Positions 12,685 to 26,291 of a DNA stretch of 64,000 nucleotides are shown here, piece by piece. The translations under genes were made by a program, and so were the position numbers. Below the pieces are notes generated by a model. That model had not been told where the DNA came from, made no database searches, and saw nothing but the letters and a program-made list of their open reading frames with translations. Source of the stretch: Laetmonice hystrix (taxonomy: Eukaryota); the NCBI GenBank assembly GCA_965235115.1, contig OZ249445.1:12152001-12216000 (forward strand), in the 5' to 3' direction. Each line of letters begins with the position of its first letter. Position 1 is the first letter of the stretch.

Positions 12685-13466
12685 GCAGTGATAGAATGGC
12701 GGGCAGTGGACCCAACCTAAGAGGTGATAGAATGTCGGGAGTGCCTGAGAGGTGATAGAATGGCGGGCAGTGGGCTCGATCTGAGAGGTGATAGAATGGC
12801 GGGCAGTGGGCCCGACCTAAGAGGTGATAGAATGGCGGGCAGTGGGCCCAACCTAAGAGGTGATAGAATGGCGGGAGTGCCTGAGAGGTGATAGAATGGT
12901 GGGCAGTGGGCCCAACCTGAGAGGTGGTAGAATGGCGGGCAGTGGGCCCAACCTGAGAGGTGATAGAATGGCGGGCAGTGGGCCCAACCTAAGAGGTGAT
13001 AGAATGGCGGGAGTGCCTGAGAGGTGATAGAATGGTGGGCAGTGGGCCCAACCTAAGAGGTGGTAGAATGGCGGGCAGTGGGCCCAACCTGAGAGGTGAT
13101 AGAATGGCGGGAGTGCCTGAGAGGTGATAGAATGGCGGGCAGTGGGCCCGACCTGAGAGGTGATAGAATAGCGGGCAGTGGGCCCAACCTGAGAGGTGAT
13201 ATAATGGCGGGAGTGCCTGAGAGGTAATAGAATGGTGGGCAGTGGGCCCAACCTGAGAGGTGATAGAATGGCGGGAGTGCCTGAGAGGTGATAGAATGGC
13301 GGGCAGTGGGCCCGACCTGAGAGGTGATAGAATGGCGGGCAGTGGGCCCAACCTGAGAGGTGATATAATGGCGGGAGTGCCTGAGAGGTGATAGAATGGC
13401 GGGCAGTGGGCCCAACCTAAGAGGTGATAGAATGTCGGGAGTGCCTGAGAGGTGATAGAATGCCTG
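12685..13466. repeat. G-rich minisatellite built from interleaved 36-bp and 28-bp units
   Basis: Long unit gaggtgatagaatggcgggcagtgggcccaacct(a/g)a (15 copies) and short unit gaggtgatagaatggcgggagtgcctga (8 copies), plus a partial copy. Confidence 0.97.
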
Positions 13467-13920
13467 GGAGGGGTCGACAGGCCACAGGCCCGGCCGGTCA
13501 CCGCCAGGACAACTACCGCCTGACTCCGAAACTGATCGGCTCCCTTTGATGCTACCGTGGTTGTCTGCTTGGCTCGATGGAATAAAAAAATAGCTCTCCC
13601 ACCCCAACCCTCAGCTAATTAGAAAACATCGTTGGAAATTACACCAACTTTAACGAGCCGCATAACACGCATGTCACAATCATCACATTTGACGCATGCA
13701 GCGCTCATCATAATGCTGTGAAATTTTAACAGACACAAACATCGCACCTTATGCTATCCCTGTAAATTTAAAATTCCTACTGTGCTTATTTTCGCCTTAC
13801 ACCATTTGTGAAGAAGAGCAGTGCTCAGCCGAGCTTGCCAGTTTCATTCGTCGTATTAATATGATTAAATTGGCCAACAACACAATTGCCTGGTGGAAGG
13901 CGCCATTGTTTACAATGCAG

Positions 13921-14028
13921 AATCATGTTCAGCGCACAAGCAATGTTTAGATTTGTTGAAACATCTTCAGTTTCATTATTCCTGGCTGCCTGGATTTTTT
14001 CCTGCCTAAATCTGGCGTACATACTCTG
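13921..14028 (+). CDS. Candidate hydrophobic coding exon (IMFSAQAMFRFVETSSVSLFLAAWIFSCLNLAYIL)
   Basis: Acceptor tttacaatgcag and strong donor TG|gtgagt; 108 nt, symmetric phase 2-2, open frame with a TM-like segment. The antisense frame is also open (ORF 13825..14022). Confidence 0.3.
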
Positions 14029-15516
14029 GTGAGTGCCTGCAGAATGGAAAAGCCTGGCCGAGCGGTCACTTAAAAACCAGTGTTCGTCAGCACAACTGAA
14101 ACAGATTCCATCCTAATGAAAAGATTTTCTCCGCTCTGCATTCAAAACTTGGCAATTTGTGCTGAAATCCAGGGTATATTTGTCTGCACCAGGCCTGATC
14201 TGAAATTGAAGTGTTTGAAAATCATAATTTCATCAAGAATGCAATTTTCCCTAAAATATCATATTAATGATGGATTTCTGAAATTGCCAGCAAAAAGGAG
14301 AGAATATTCATCAAAACTGGGGTAATTCATGTCTCAACTGCCACGTGTTTTATATACCTGGCAATCATGCGAATCCTGCATTTGACTGACATGCTGACCT
14401 AAAAAAAACAACAACAAAGAACTACACGATTGCAATCGGCATACAGCTGGCAATCTGCAGCATCTTTAACCGTATGAAACATGACAAAAAAACTTGGCAT
14501 CCAGACACGCGTTCGGTTTCTACGTATACGGAACATATTAAAGTGTGCGTCCGTCTGATGACTGTCTTATCCTTTTGTTGGAGGAGCAGCCGTCGAGAGT
14601 TGTGGATCCCAAGTGTCAGTTTGTAAATTGACATGGTCTTTCTCTGTTCGCGGATCGAGACATACGCCTTGTGAGCCGCCCGGCCAGGTCATGTCTTAGA
14701 GCGGATTGAGTTGCACTACTATGAAGGAAGTCATCATCACCAACGCTGCTTTTTCAATTATTGTCCAGGGCGCAAACTATATTGCTGGGCACGGAAGCTT
14801 GACGAGACTCCCAGCCGAGTTAATTGAGTTGCTAAAAAATCTTTACATATATATCCTCTCAGTGATGGGGCTGGCTCGAATTGGATGGCCAAAACCTCGA
14901 TTTTCATGGGTACCTGATACCTTCAATTAAGCTATCATCCTATTTGATGGATACTCTGACATAGTGGCTCTCTGTAATATACCACCATTCTTCTTGAGTA
15001 AAATCCATTTCATGTCGGCGTCCAAAAGAGATAAATACATATTAGCATGTTATGAATCTTGAGTGTATTACATAACAAAGAGGTTGCCTTAAGACTGATG
15101 ATTCCGTCGGACCGAAATATTGCCCAAGTAGCGGCAGACATGCCTTGCTGTTTTTCTTTTCATCGTATCAAATTACTCGGGAACAAACATGATGGCGATA
15201 CTTAGGTATCAATATTTAATTATACACCCTTTGCTGTGTTGCAATCAAACATGTAGTTGCAGACATACTCTATGGTGCTGGTGTTTTTTTCTTCTTCCTG
15301 AACGACAGCAGATGGAGCAATAAAACACATACGATTAATGATGGGTATCAAAGTGACGGACTTAAATTAATACTTCCACGGAACATTCCTCTAGACATGA
15401 GCTCTAACATATCTGGCGCTGGGCATGCACACCTGGTTCCAGGAGGCACCTAGAAAGGCATTAAATGCACTAATTATTACCCTGTTTCTTTCGCATGCCG
15501 CTACTCCTCGACATAC

Positions 15517-16175
15517 TTAACTTCCCAGTGTATAATTTTTATCAGCAGGATTAATGAGCTCGCTGGAAACATGCCTATTAATGTGCATGCAACAAAGAGG
15601 TAATAAAAATGAAATGGTTACCATCCATTCTTCTGTTCTCAGATATGTCGAGCTGTAAGCGCTGTCATTATCGAGGATATATGCAAGGTCTTTAAGACGG
15701 CTCCACGGAACAGCACACATCCTTCCTGGGGAAGCCCGCCTCACAGACGGATGGGTTCTATTAAAAACGGCTATCCCAGATTTCACCATTGGATCAATGG
15801 ATATATGTAAGTTGGCATCCATCAGTGGAGAAAGGAAGCTAGGGCATCCTCTTGGGGGAACAATCCCTCGGGGGCAACCCAGACAGACAGGAACAACTGA
15901 TACCATTATTTAAGTCCATTACTGCAATATATGTTTTTATTCCTATACGTTGAAGCTACAAATGTCAGAGACCCATAAGAAAAGGTCATCTGTTAAAGAC
16001 CCCTTTCGGACCTGACCCAAGATTTTGATATCTCGTCAGGTTTCTCACCTAACAATCCTCTTTGCGAGGCTGAACGCAATGTCCTTACTTGGCACACCAT
16101 TATCATTGTGGGTCTCAACACCATTGACTTACTCCGAATGTGGAGCCTTAACCTTAACCCAGGGAGTGCGTTCAC
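15517..16175 (-). pseudogene. Possible decayed non-LTR retrotransposon reverse transcriptase fragment
   Basis: Ordered weak matches to RT motifs: SASQRGLL (cf. xxQRGF), RGIVPPRGCPSFLSPL (cf. GxPQGCPLSPL), LHISIDPMV (cf. LFxIxIDPL) and DLAYILDND (cf. LAYADD). The catalytic motif is not intact. Confidence 0.3.
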
Positions 16176-18033
16176 ATTACTGCGGGCATGCTCTAATAGT
16201 TCCGTAATTGCCCTTCTCCCTGGCTTGTCACTAAGGATTCAAATCAAGGGTACTTGTACAAAAACATATATCTCCAACTGTTCTGCTGGCCAAGACCACC
16301 GTGCACCACTGCAAATTGCAAATAGGCGAGCCTATAACAACTTGTAGGAGGGGATAATCGTAATCTTATATTTCAATTAATCACGCATGCCCCAGCAGAT
16401 AATCCATCACTGCGTCAGGCATGTAATTGCTGGCATAATTACTTCATTGTTTTCACAACGCCCCGTCATGGAAGTTCTTTGAACAATTACAGATAATTCC
16501 AGGCCTGGGGGCCATAGAGCTCAGCTGGTGGGGTGGCCACCCTCCCCCCGCCCACCCCAACCCCCTCCCCCTTAGCTATCAACCTTCCATCCCTCAGGTC
16601 TGCACTTGGTTAATGTGCAAACAAGGGTCCTAACAGACCGCCTTCCCACTCAAAGTCACTGCCTCCCCCTCAACTCACGTGGCTACCACTTTAATTGTGC
16701 AAGAATAACTCTCAAAGGATCTTCTCTTTTTATACCTTTATATTCAATATCAGAGCAAAAACACGAGCAAGTGCAACAGAAACTCCTCTATCTCCCTCAA
16801 AAACCTTCCCCCAAAGAGCCTTCGTTTTTAGGTATTTGTGCGTTTTTTCTTGCTAGAAGTGTTTCAGTAATAGCAAACCGGAGGAAGGACTATATGTAGA
16901 CCATCCCTGGCCGCCATGGTCGTGTGCCCACAGCAAGGAGACAATCACACATTCCATACTACATAGATCATTATCTTCTTTTTATCTGAACCATAGCTGA
17001 ATGGTTTTGTTCACAGGGAAATACCATATAATAGGTAAAATATACTGAAATATGTTTACATAGCTCAGGGGATGATCAGCAACCTAAAGCAATTATACAC
17101 GGAACCAATGCATATACTTGGAAGGATCAATGGGGATAGTCTTCCTCTCACTAATCACTAAAGACGCAATTATGCTCTTTGAAGATTTAAAAAAACTCTG
17201 AAGATCTAGAAGAATAACTTTTACCAGTCTTGCATCTTAATGACCATTCCTTGCTTTAAAGAGTCGAGCAACATCCCAGTCATATACGTCCTGGATAAGG
17301 TACATAAAGAAAGCCCTTACAAAAGGACCCTCACCAAAAGCACCCTCACAACCGTACCCTTGCAACACGTTCCATGCGGAAGGCCTCCTTTAAAAGGGCT
17401 TTTAATCAGAGATTCAGCCAGCACGACCATCTATTATGGCTGGTTCTTTCTGCGCTGGTCCCTCTGACCTCCCCGCTATTGGGTTAATCAATATTTTCTC
17501 TGACTTCTACAGACAGCAAAAGAGCTATAGGAATCTCGTTCCTCTCGTCCAGGTCAGCTAGCTGCCACAGCCTGGCCAGAATCGGCGAGGCGGTGTGCAA
17601 TGAGACTGTGTAGACTACCAATGAGAGTCCCATTTCAGCCATAATCTACGAGAAACGGATTTCTGCAGTGGCTTACAAAGGTTTCTGTCGATATCTCATG
17701 AAAATGAATGCACCTCTGCAGGGGTTGAAGGTGAGCAATGTATGGCTCCAAGGCTAAGTTCTATACACGGTACATCATCACTCTCTTACATAAGAATGTA
17801 TTTATCTTTCTAACTTCTTCAGGATAGGTGACATCTCCCCAGAACTCGCTGTATCTTATGTTGTGTATGTACATATACACGGGTAGAGGGTGGGCTCTCA
17901 AACTGTCCAAGGCATTCACTTATGCCTGGATTGTGTTCTTGTTCAAACACAATGAAGTGTGGTGGCAGAGAATCCATATCGATGTTTCACCAATGTCATA
18001 ACTTGTGAACTGGTGTCTGAGATAAAATAATAG

Positions 18034-19051
18034 AAACACTCTGTGCCACCACCATCAATGGTACATCAGGTCTGATCAACAACTGCCTTCAAACACTCCG
18101 TGCCACCACCATCAATGGTACATCAGGTCTGATCAACAACTGCCTTCAAACACTCCGTGCCACCACCATCAATGGTACATCAGGTCTGATCAACAACTGC
18201 CTTCAAACACTCTGTGCCACCACCATCAATGGTACATCAGGTCTGATCAACAACTGCCTTCAAACACTCCGTGCCACCACCATCAATGGTACATCAGGTC
18301 TGATCAACAACTGCCTTCAAACACTCTGTGCCACCACCATCAATGGTACATCAGGTCTGGTCAACAACTGCCTTCAAACACTCCGTGCCACCACCATCAA
18401 TGGTACATCAGGTCTGGTCAACAACTGCCTTCAAACACTCTGTGCCACCACCATCAATGGTACATCAGGTCTGGTCAACAACTGCCTTCAAACACTCTGT
18501 GCCACCACCATCAATGGTACATCAGGTCTGATCAACAACTGCCTTCAAACACTCTGTGCCACCACCATCAATGGTACATCAGGTCTGGTCAACAACTGCC
18601 TTCAAACACTCTGTGCCACCACCATCAATGGTACATCAGGTCTGATCAACAACTGCCTTCAAACACTCTGTGTCACCACCATCAATGGTACATCAGGTCT
18701 GATCAACAACTGCCTTCAAACACTCTGTGCCACCACCATCAATGGTACATCAGGTCTGGTCAACAACTGCCTTCAAACACTCTGTGCCACCACCATCAAT
18801 GGTACATCAGGTCTGATCAACAACTGCCTTCAAACACTCTGTGCCACCACCATCAATGGTACATCAGGTCTGATCAACAACTGCCTTCAAACACTCTGTG
18901 CCACCACCATCAATGGTACATCAGGTCTGATCAACAACTGCCTTCAAACACTCCGTACCACCACCATTAATGGTACATCAGGTCTGATCAACAACTGCCT
19001 TCAAACACTCCGTGCCACCACCATCAATGGTACATCAGGTCAACAACTGCC
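18034..19051. repeat. 57-bp minisatellite, about 18 copies, no indels
   Basis: Unit ctctgtgccaccaccatcaatggtacatcaggtctgatcaacaactgccttcaaaca; exact 57-bp period from 18039 to 19008. Confidence 0.98.
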
Positions 19052-19924
19052 CTCACACATTGTTTCTAGCAGTAACCAACATGTTATCGGGCCGTTCTAG
19101 AAGACAGTTTCTCCCAACAGTTTGGTATGTACTGGTTCTGATGTTATCCTACCTAAATAATGTACCACCAGTTTCACTACGCGGCGTTTGGAACCTGTAT
19201 GTGTCTAACTTTATCAACACTCAAACACGTAATTTCCTCCATATAGTACGCAAACATACAAGGCTAGCATCACTCGTCAGTTCTGTCTCTCAGCAATGTA
19301 AAGCAACGTCTGCCACAGACGGACAGTCCTTTACCATTCACTAACGGCTTCCTCCTATAGTAGAAATTAACGCTTTCCTGACAGTTTTATTGTAGCAACA
19401 TTCTGTCGTCTGGCAGTAAGTTAGAGGATATGCAACCGGGGCTAAAATTGTATCTATAAATATTCCAACCAGCTGCTCGACCTTTCATCTGCAAGTGATC
19501 CAAAAAAGTACGATAATTTAACTAAAGTACTTCAACTTAATCTCTCAATTTAATTAAAGTACCACAGTATAGGTAAATCTTTTTTTCTGACAATCGCATA
19601 TGCCTGGTATTCAAAGATATTCTTCTAACAATTCCTGGGCTCAACTGCTTTTGTTTCTGGAGATATATATTGTTTAATCCATCACACTTTCCTGTAGCTT
19701 GGTCCAGTTTCTTTCCTCAACAGCGCAAGGAATAGTTTCCAATTAAAACTCTGGGAATGGACTAGTATATAACCATCTTCGACTTTGATTAGAATGCCAG
19801 CCTTCAATTACTGCCTGGATCTAAAAAGAACGTCTGTAGAAATGCATACATTTCTTGTGTGGTGCTTTCAATGTCTTATATCTAATGAATATTTGCAATG
19901 ACATGTAATACAAAGAATGTTCTG

Positions 19925-20072
19925 CTCTGAAAGACACGAGAAGAGGACGGAGAGTAATCAGAAGAAGAGGAAGTCGGAGGGGAAGACGAAGGAGGACGAA
20001 GGAGGAAGAGGAGGAGGACGAGGAGGACGGGGAGGGGGGGATGACAACGATGTCAAGGACGAGGACAAGTGA
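19925..20072. repeat. Purine-rich (GAG/GAA/GAC) low-complexity tract
   Basis: Runs such as gaaggaggacgaaggaggaagaggaggaggacgaggaggacgg. Confidence 0.85.
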
Positions 20073-23000
20073 AAAATGGCAGAAGAGATCGGTATTGATA
20101 ATTTACATACGTTTCCCTATGGAGCCACATTTCCTATACCATAGATTTATATATTATGTTTTTATTTCATAAAAAAGACGACTTCCGGTTTATGTTGTAT
20201 AGTGTTTCTAAGGATTTAATATACCTGTGGCTATATGTATACTGATCTAGTACTATTACTACACTTTCTGTGTAATGAAAAAAAAACTAATGCCTATCTA
20301 TCACAAACCCCTCTGGGTACAACGACAGACATGAAATTAATTCCAAAATTAATCTTCTCCTAAAAACCGATTTATGTAGTTAATATATATCCAGTGCCAC
20401 GTCGGCACAGCAATGCTTATGCCAGTGTTCTGGGAATACATTACTATGTATATCTTACATACGGAGAGGGGGGCTGTTCTTTTTTTCAGATGTTAAGCAC
20501 TGCCTTATATCCTAAATGATGACAACATTAATGAACTTCCTGCACATAACAGTGGTTGCTCTTTCAATCATTCTGTCAGCAAAACGTCTCACTGAACGCA
20601 TCTTTGTCAACATACATTCATTTCTCACACTCTTTCTTCATCTCAATATTACAAATGCAGTCTCATCACTAGAAAATTCCTGCAATATCTCCAATTACTT
20701 AATGGCCGGACTGAGTGTCAATAAAATCGCAAACTAATTCCCCGTTCTGAAGTAGCTTGTTTTAAGTTGTTCTTCAATATATGAGAATACATGTTTCGTG
20801 TGTTTCCCAGCAACACCTATTGCCTCGTATTAAGTTGTTCTTCAATATATATGAGAATACATGTTTCACACTTTGAGATCTTCTCACACTGCAATATAAC
20901 AGTCGTACACATGGAGACGATGCAAGGTATCCATCTCGCAGTATTCTCTCGTAATAGACTATAAGGTGTAGAACACAACCGATGTGTTCATTAGCTCATG
21001 ATCGAGATTCACGTTGGTGACGTTGGTCCCTAAAAAAGCAATGTTCAGAACGACATTTTCCCCTCTTGGCAAAATCACTGCCATGTATTCCCAAATATAT
21101 CGGCAACTGACTCCTGATATTTGGAATCCCTTTGTTCTCGGCGATACAATTATAATATTTAGTTAAATGAAGCGTTTAATTACAGGCTTTCTGATCAACT
21201 TTTGTTGGGAGTCTTCCATACATTGCCAGTTCTGGCCTCCTTTTCCACAACTAACAACAAGTGTGACGGCCTGCGATACATTTCTTCTCCCACTGACATT
21301 TTGACGCCGTTAGCACGTTCAAGTGAAAAGCTGTTCTCCGAAAGGCCATGCCAGTGCTGACTTTCTTGCCAACCTAATTAGACGACTATTCTGGTTAATA
21401 TTATTCCTAATCCAATTATGCCTCATTCAGTCTGAGCAAAGTGGTTCAGGTAAGTCGTCATTTCTCCTCTCTCCTCATTGTCACTGCCTGTGCCGTTATA
21501 ACCGTCCACTTTCAATCTACACATTTAAACAAAGGGACCGTATTGGAAAATAACTACTCAGAGCATTGGATGAGAATTGCGCCAAAGCTTTGGTGTCTTT
21601 CTTCTCACAACAAACCCGACATTACTTTACTCGATGGCCACAGTGTTCAATGATATCTGGTTGGATTTTCAACCTTGACATCAGAGAAGAATCGGCATGT
21701 GAGACATCACTAGAAGAATCTAGCCTCTGTCCGCCTCAGCCTTAGAGAGTTTATGTGGTAGCTTACGTCAGAATGCAGGCACTTTTGCACTCAATGGACT
21801 CAAACTGCTCTTTTGCAAAAGGCATTCTCACACGACCGAAATCAATTGCGGTATGCAAGATGGTGGACCAGTTTTCTGCGGCGAAATATTCAATTTTCCC
21901 AGGAACCTGGCAACAGGTGAGAGAAAGTCTCTCGGACTGTTTTGCAAGACTTCTCCGCATTTCTATCCACCTGTAAAACCACCACCTGCATGCGTGCAGG
22001 TCTCTGGCTGCAAGTGGCAGGTGAGCTATCAGTGCCTGCATTAATGGATGATTATGTGTAATCCCTCATTGTTCGAGCACCTCCTTCAGAAATCTTCTTT
22101 CACGGCACTTTGATGAGCAGGGTCGCCGCTGAGAGGTTCCCACCTTGGCTGTCACCGCCAAGGATAGCGAGACTTTCCCCCGCCCTGCACCCTCCCACAA
22201 ACTTGGATCCTACAGCAGTAGGCGGCAGGCTCCTGGCCACGTGGACATGACCGGCCTGGGACGTGCACTTTGGTATGTGCTGCCTCCCCTACCAGGTGCA
22301 ATGTTTACCCAAGTATCGCTTACCCGAGAACAAACACGAGAGACGCAGTGAATCCCTGCCTTTAGTATCATTCAACTGTGAAGAGTAACTATTCAAAAAA
22401 GCTGACTGTTTCGGATTACAAAGTTTCAGAGCTTTGCAACGCACTAATTCACAGCGTGCTATCAAATTTCGCATTCAAATCCCAATTTTCAAATTTCCTC
22501 TAATACAGCATATTTCTTTGCCTTAATCTCTTTGACTTTGACAGGCTCCTTCAAATTTGAAATGTCAGCACTTAGAAGAAGCAGAAGGCTCATCGGAAAT
22601 GCATGCAGGTTGGTTTGAAATATAAATACAAATGGGGCTATGATTAATCATTAGACTTGCAATCTACATGCCTGGATATGTATAATGGCATGCATTCATG
22701 GTAATAAACAGGACCTGTACAATTTATGAATGATATCATAAACGACGACAGCATCCCTTTTGCAAATATCACAAAGGTGTTTTTGCTACTTAGACCACAG
22801 ACAATGCACCAATGGAATAAGACTCATGCTTGGTCAGAGAATTAAAAATGTCCAGATCACTCGTAAACAGGCCATCAAAGTTGTGCTTGTTTCATCTGGC
22901 TAACAACATATGTGCAATCAGAACATTTAAGACCGTATTAAATTTCATGTTTATACAAGTGCCACTGAAGCTGCATTTTATGCAAACAAGCTGGGCCTGG

Positions 23001-26000
23001 AACCCCTGGGACCATACTGCACATATAAGGTACTCACATACGCCGGCACAAAGACAACCTGCTGGTGACGAACATCCCGGACCAGTACCACTCGGGCGCC
23101 GAGGTGGGGGTGGGTGGACACCACCATCATTCATACAACCATACCACCGACAATTTCCACATGGTGACTTTAGATTACACAAGTGGATCGAACCAGTAAC
23201 ATACAATTGAAATACTGGACAAAAAGAGCGTGGATCTTGCACGGCGGCCGCTCGAGATTGAGTGATGCTGATCTCACTGACCATCGCATCCCCCCTCCAG
23301 TCGCAGCAGTGGGAACGGCCCGCCGAGTGCAGTAACACGAGTTACGTAATGACAATCGGCCGTAAAAAACCGCCTGTGTGCACACAGCTCCTGAATTGAC
23401 AATTGCATGCTGCTGCCATGAGCAAGCTTGTGTTTTACACCCAACCGCCACCATGTTGCGCTGCTGCAACCTCTGCAGCAGGACTGCATGGTCAGAAAGC
23501 TTGCATAAAATCTCGGACTGCACGGGGAGGCTGGTGAGATGACCACTGGCGCGGTTGGAACCCTCGTGCCTGCCTCTTTCCGCTCTGTTTGCTTTACAGC
23601 CACGTCATCAGTGCCAACAAGAGGCGGCAGCGTTTTTGTTGGTAGGCTGAATCACTCTTGTGGCAAAAGAGTTGAAAAAAGTTGGGTTTGCTGCTGGCCG
23701 GGTTGAGGGTGGCCTTACAATGAGGTCGGATGCGTCACGGATCTGTGGGCCCCAGTAACGAGCGAGGGGAAAAAATTGCTCGCAGCTCACGCACTGCTAT
23801 ATCCAGGCAAACCCTGCTATCGGTGGTTTTTCTAACTACCGCCATTCTGGAAGATGTCGCTGGAGAAACTGGGCCCTGAGACAGCATGATTCGTGCTTCT
23901 TTTCATGACAACCCAGTCCAACTTCTTTTCCTGCTCCATGATATATCGACTGGTTCTGTTGATGAGGAATTAAACCCATTCGATAATAGCTCAAAATACT
24001 AGGCAATACATAACCCCTGCTGGGATGAATGTTTACATCATCCAAGTTTGCCTGGAATCTTTGCATCTGCAAGCTCAGCATCCGACCAACATGATACATT
24101 GCATTTGTGGCAAAACAGCAAACAGGCGGTGAAAACCTCAATTCCAACTGTTTTATGAAGCGATATGAGCCAAAACCATTTCTTCAAATGTAGCATAATT
24201 ACTGTACATTAGTAGTCAATAAAGAATCTCCATCTTAATGATTCAAAGGAACTCACTTGCTATGGCATATGTGACAAAATATAGCTCGGAGGATGTGTAA
24301 TGTGGACAGAAAAACTGCGAAATGCTTTTGAAAATTGAAGTAATCTTTGCTTCACGCTTCCACATAATAATCAGGCAAATGGAACTCTTTTTGTTTTTCG
24401 TCTTCGTAACCTAGGCAACCTGACTGCATCATACTGGAACTGTATATAATTATTAAGGTTAACTATCGGCAGATCTGAAAAAAACATTTAGGTGTTACAC
24501 ACTCATTAGTTATAATCATGTTACCTTGACAATTGCTCCCCAATATATGACATAATCCTCTTATACAATTCATGAGCGCTATATATATAAGAAGCCCTTC
24601 GGCTGTCTTAAAATAATTTAGTCTTAAATTAATTCAGATATGCGACATTCCTGGGCCCAAGTGATCACGTTCTTCATATAAACCAAGCCATTACTGTATA
24701 GCTGCTTACAGTATGAATTAAAAATGCAAATAAAATGCATCTCTTGACATAAACCAGCAGACAATCAGTTTTTATTCATAAGTCACAGTATCATGACAGT
24801 GCATTATTTATCGCGGTCTGACAAGTTGCAATGATAGATACCAATGATTGCCTTTACCCATATCATTGTATATGATAGAGTATATTCATATCTATGGGCG
24901 CAAACAAGATCTATAGTGCTGCTACCCCTATATATTACATGTCTTCATCTCTTGAGGATACTGGTATGGTCTTTGATATCAGCAAAAGCCCACAGATAAT
25001 GATATATTCATAATCGGACCCTGAATACTTGTATTTTCAGTTATAAGACAAGACGTAAACAGGTCCTGAATTGATGGGTATTTGCTGGTCAGTGTGGGAA
25101 GGACGGACGGTGTAGTGCATGGCGGTGGTGGTGGTGCCAGGTGGTGACCAGGAGGGAGGTGGTCTCCTGTCAGCTTGGGCCGACTACATTATAACAGACC
25201 AGTCCCAACTTTCTCTAGCCTCCTAGTTCACAGATGTATGTCTTACTAAGTAAAACGTGTTCCGTACTAATGAGTAAGTTGTACGTGTGACTTCAAAACA
25301 GACTCTCATAAGATCTTACACGCAGGAATGAGACTGCAGGGAGGTGTTGCATCTTTTCTGTCCTTAGCGTCATACTTATGAATACCAAGCCATCCTAATT
25401 TCTAAAATATTTACATTTTTAATCAAACTGGGTTGGTGGTCACGAACTTCCGGTGTGGTATCGTGAAGTATTTACCTTCTAATTGTCCAACATATCTAAG
25501 TTATCATAAGTCATAGAAACGGGTTTCATGGTGGAAGTACTTCAATTTATCACAATGCAGCTCACATTATTAAAATTCGCGGATGGACTGAGAACTTCCT
25601 GTTTGTACATTCCTAAAATATATTACACATATAATCACAAGACTAAAACTGACAGTACTGGTCTGCATCCAATAATTACTACTACACAAATACTAATATT
25701 CCCATTCAACTCACTTCACACTGGCATAATGTTCCAATAAATAAAATATTTGCATTATGGTACTAAACTACAAAGTTGCCTTGAAATTCGTCTTCATGTA
25801 ATCAAAGGCAATAATGTTACGGAATATATTATACCGGAAGTTCAATAAAATTACGTAGTGTAAAATTTTAAACTGGACATCCATTACCCATTTTAAGTTT
25901 CCTTAAAATTAGTAGTCCTCATATTCTGGCCAGACATATCTGGTCTAATTCTTCCATGTCATTTACGTCAAATCAATATTTTACCAACTCTGCAATCTAA

Positions 26001-26021
26001 GCATCGGTACATTGTTAGTGA

Positions 26022-26291
26022 GATCAGTATCTTATAGGTGAAAATCTAGGTTTTTTCCATTGCAAACAGTACCACATTAATGGAGCAAAAATTGACATCA
26101 TTCGTCAAATTATGAACACTTATTTAAAGGATGAGCCTAATCTTGGAGGATTTCTTAAAGGGGTATTGTATGGAGGCCACCTCCTGTACATGGTAAATAC
26201 AACAAATTCAGAGCTTTCATGTCGACTATGTGGATCAAAAGCCGTGAGGCGGTCAACCACCGTTCTTTTGATTTGCTCATTAATAGTATAA
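26022..26291 (+). pseudogene. Start-less 90-codon frame with a LINE ORF2-like C-terminal zinc-knuckle remnant
   Basis: GHLLYMVNTTNSELSCRLCGSKAVRRSTTVLLIC resembles the CxxC..(H)xxxxC knuckle after RT in non-LTR elements; the His is missing. Confidence 0.3.

Noticed and set aside
12853-13607. Three long - strand ORFs (132-184 aa)
   Set aside because: They are translations of the 36/28-bp minisatellite, shifting frame with the short unit; no coding evidence.
16507-16530. tRNA-like 5' end (GGGGGCCATAGAGCTCAGCTGG)
   Set aside because: No anticodon arm, T arm or B box follows; at most a SINE scrap.
18328-18531. ORF MPPPSMVHQVWSTTAFKHSV repeats
   Set aside because: It exists only where repeat units carry TGG instead of TGA; repeat artefact.
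22120-22200. GDSQGGNL (hydrolase-like) and GGAGRGK (P-loop-like) motifs
   Set aside because: They occur in two different overlapping frames, lack the other family motifs and are bounded by stops; likely chance in GC-rich DNA.
23170-23603. Overlapping ORFs including DHAVLLQRLQ (CR1/L2 RT-like)
   Set aside because: The preceding AFD motif and downstream RT motifs are absent; ORF stacking is explained by local GC richness.
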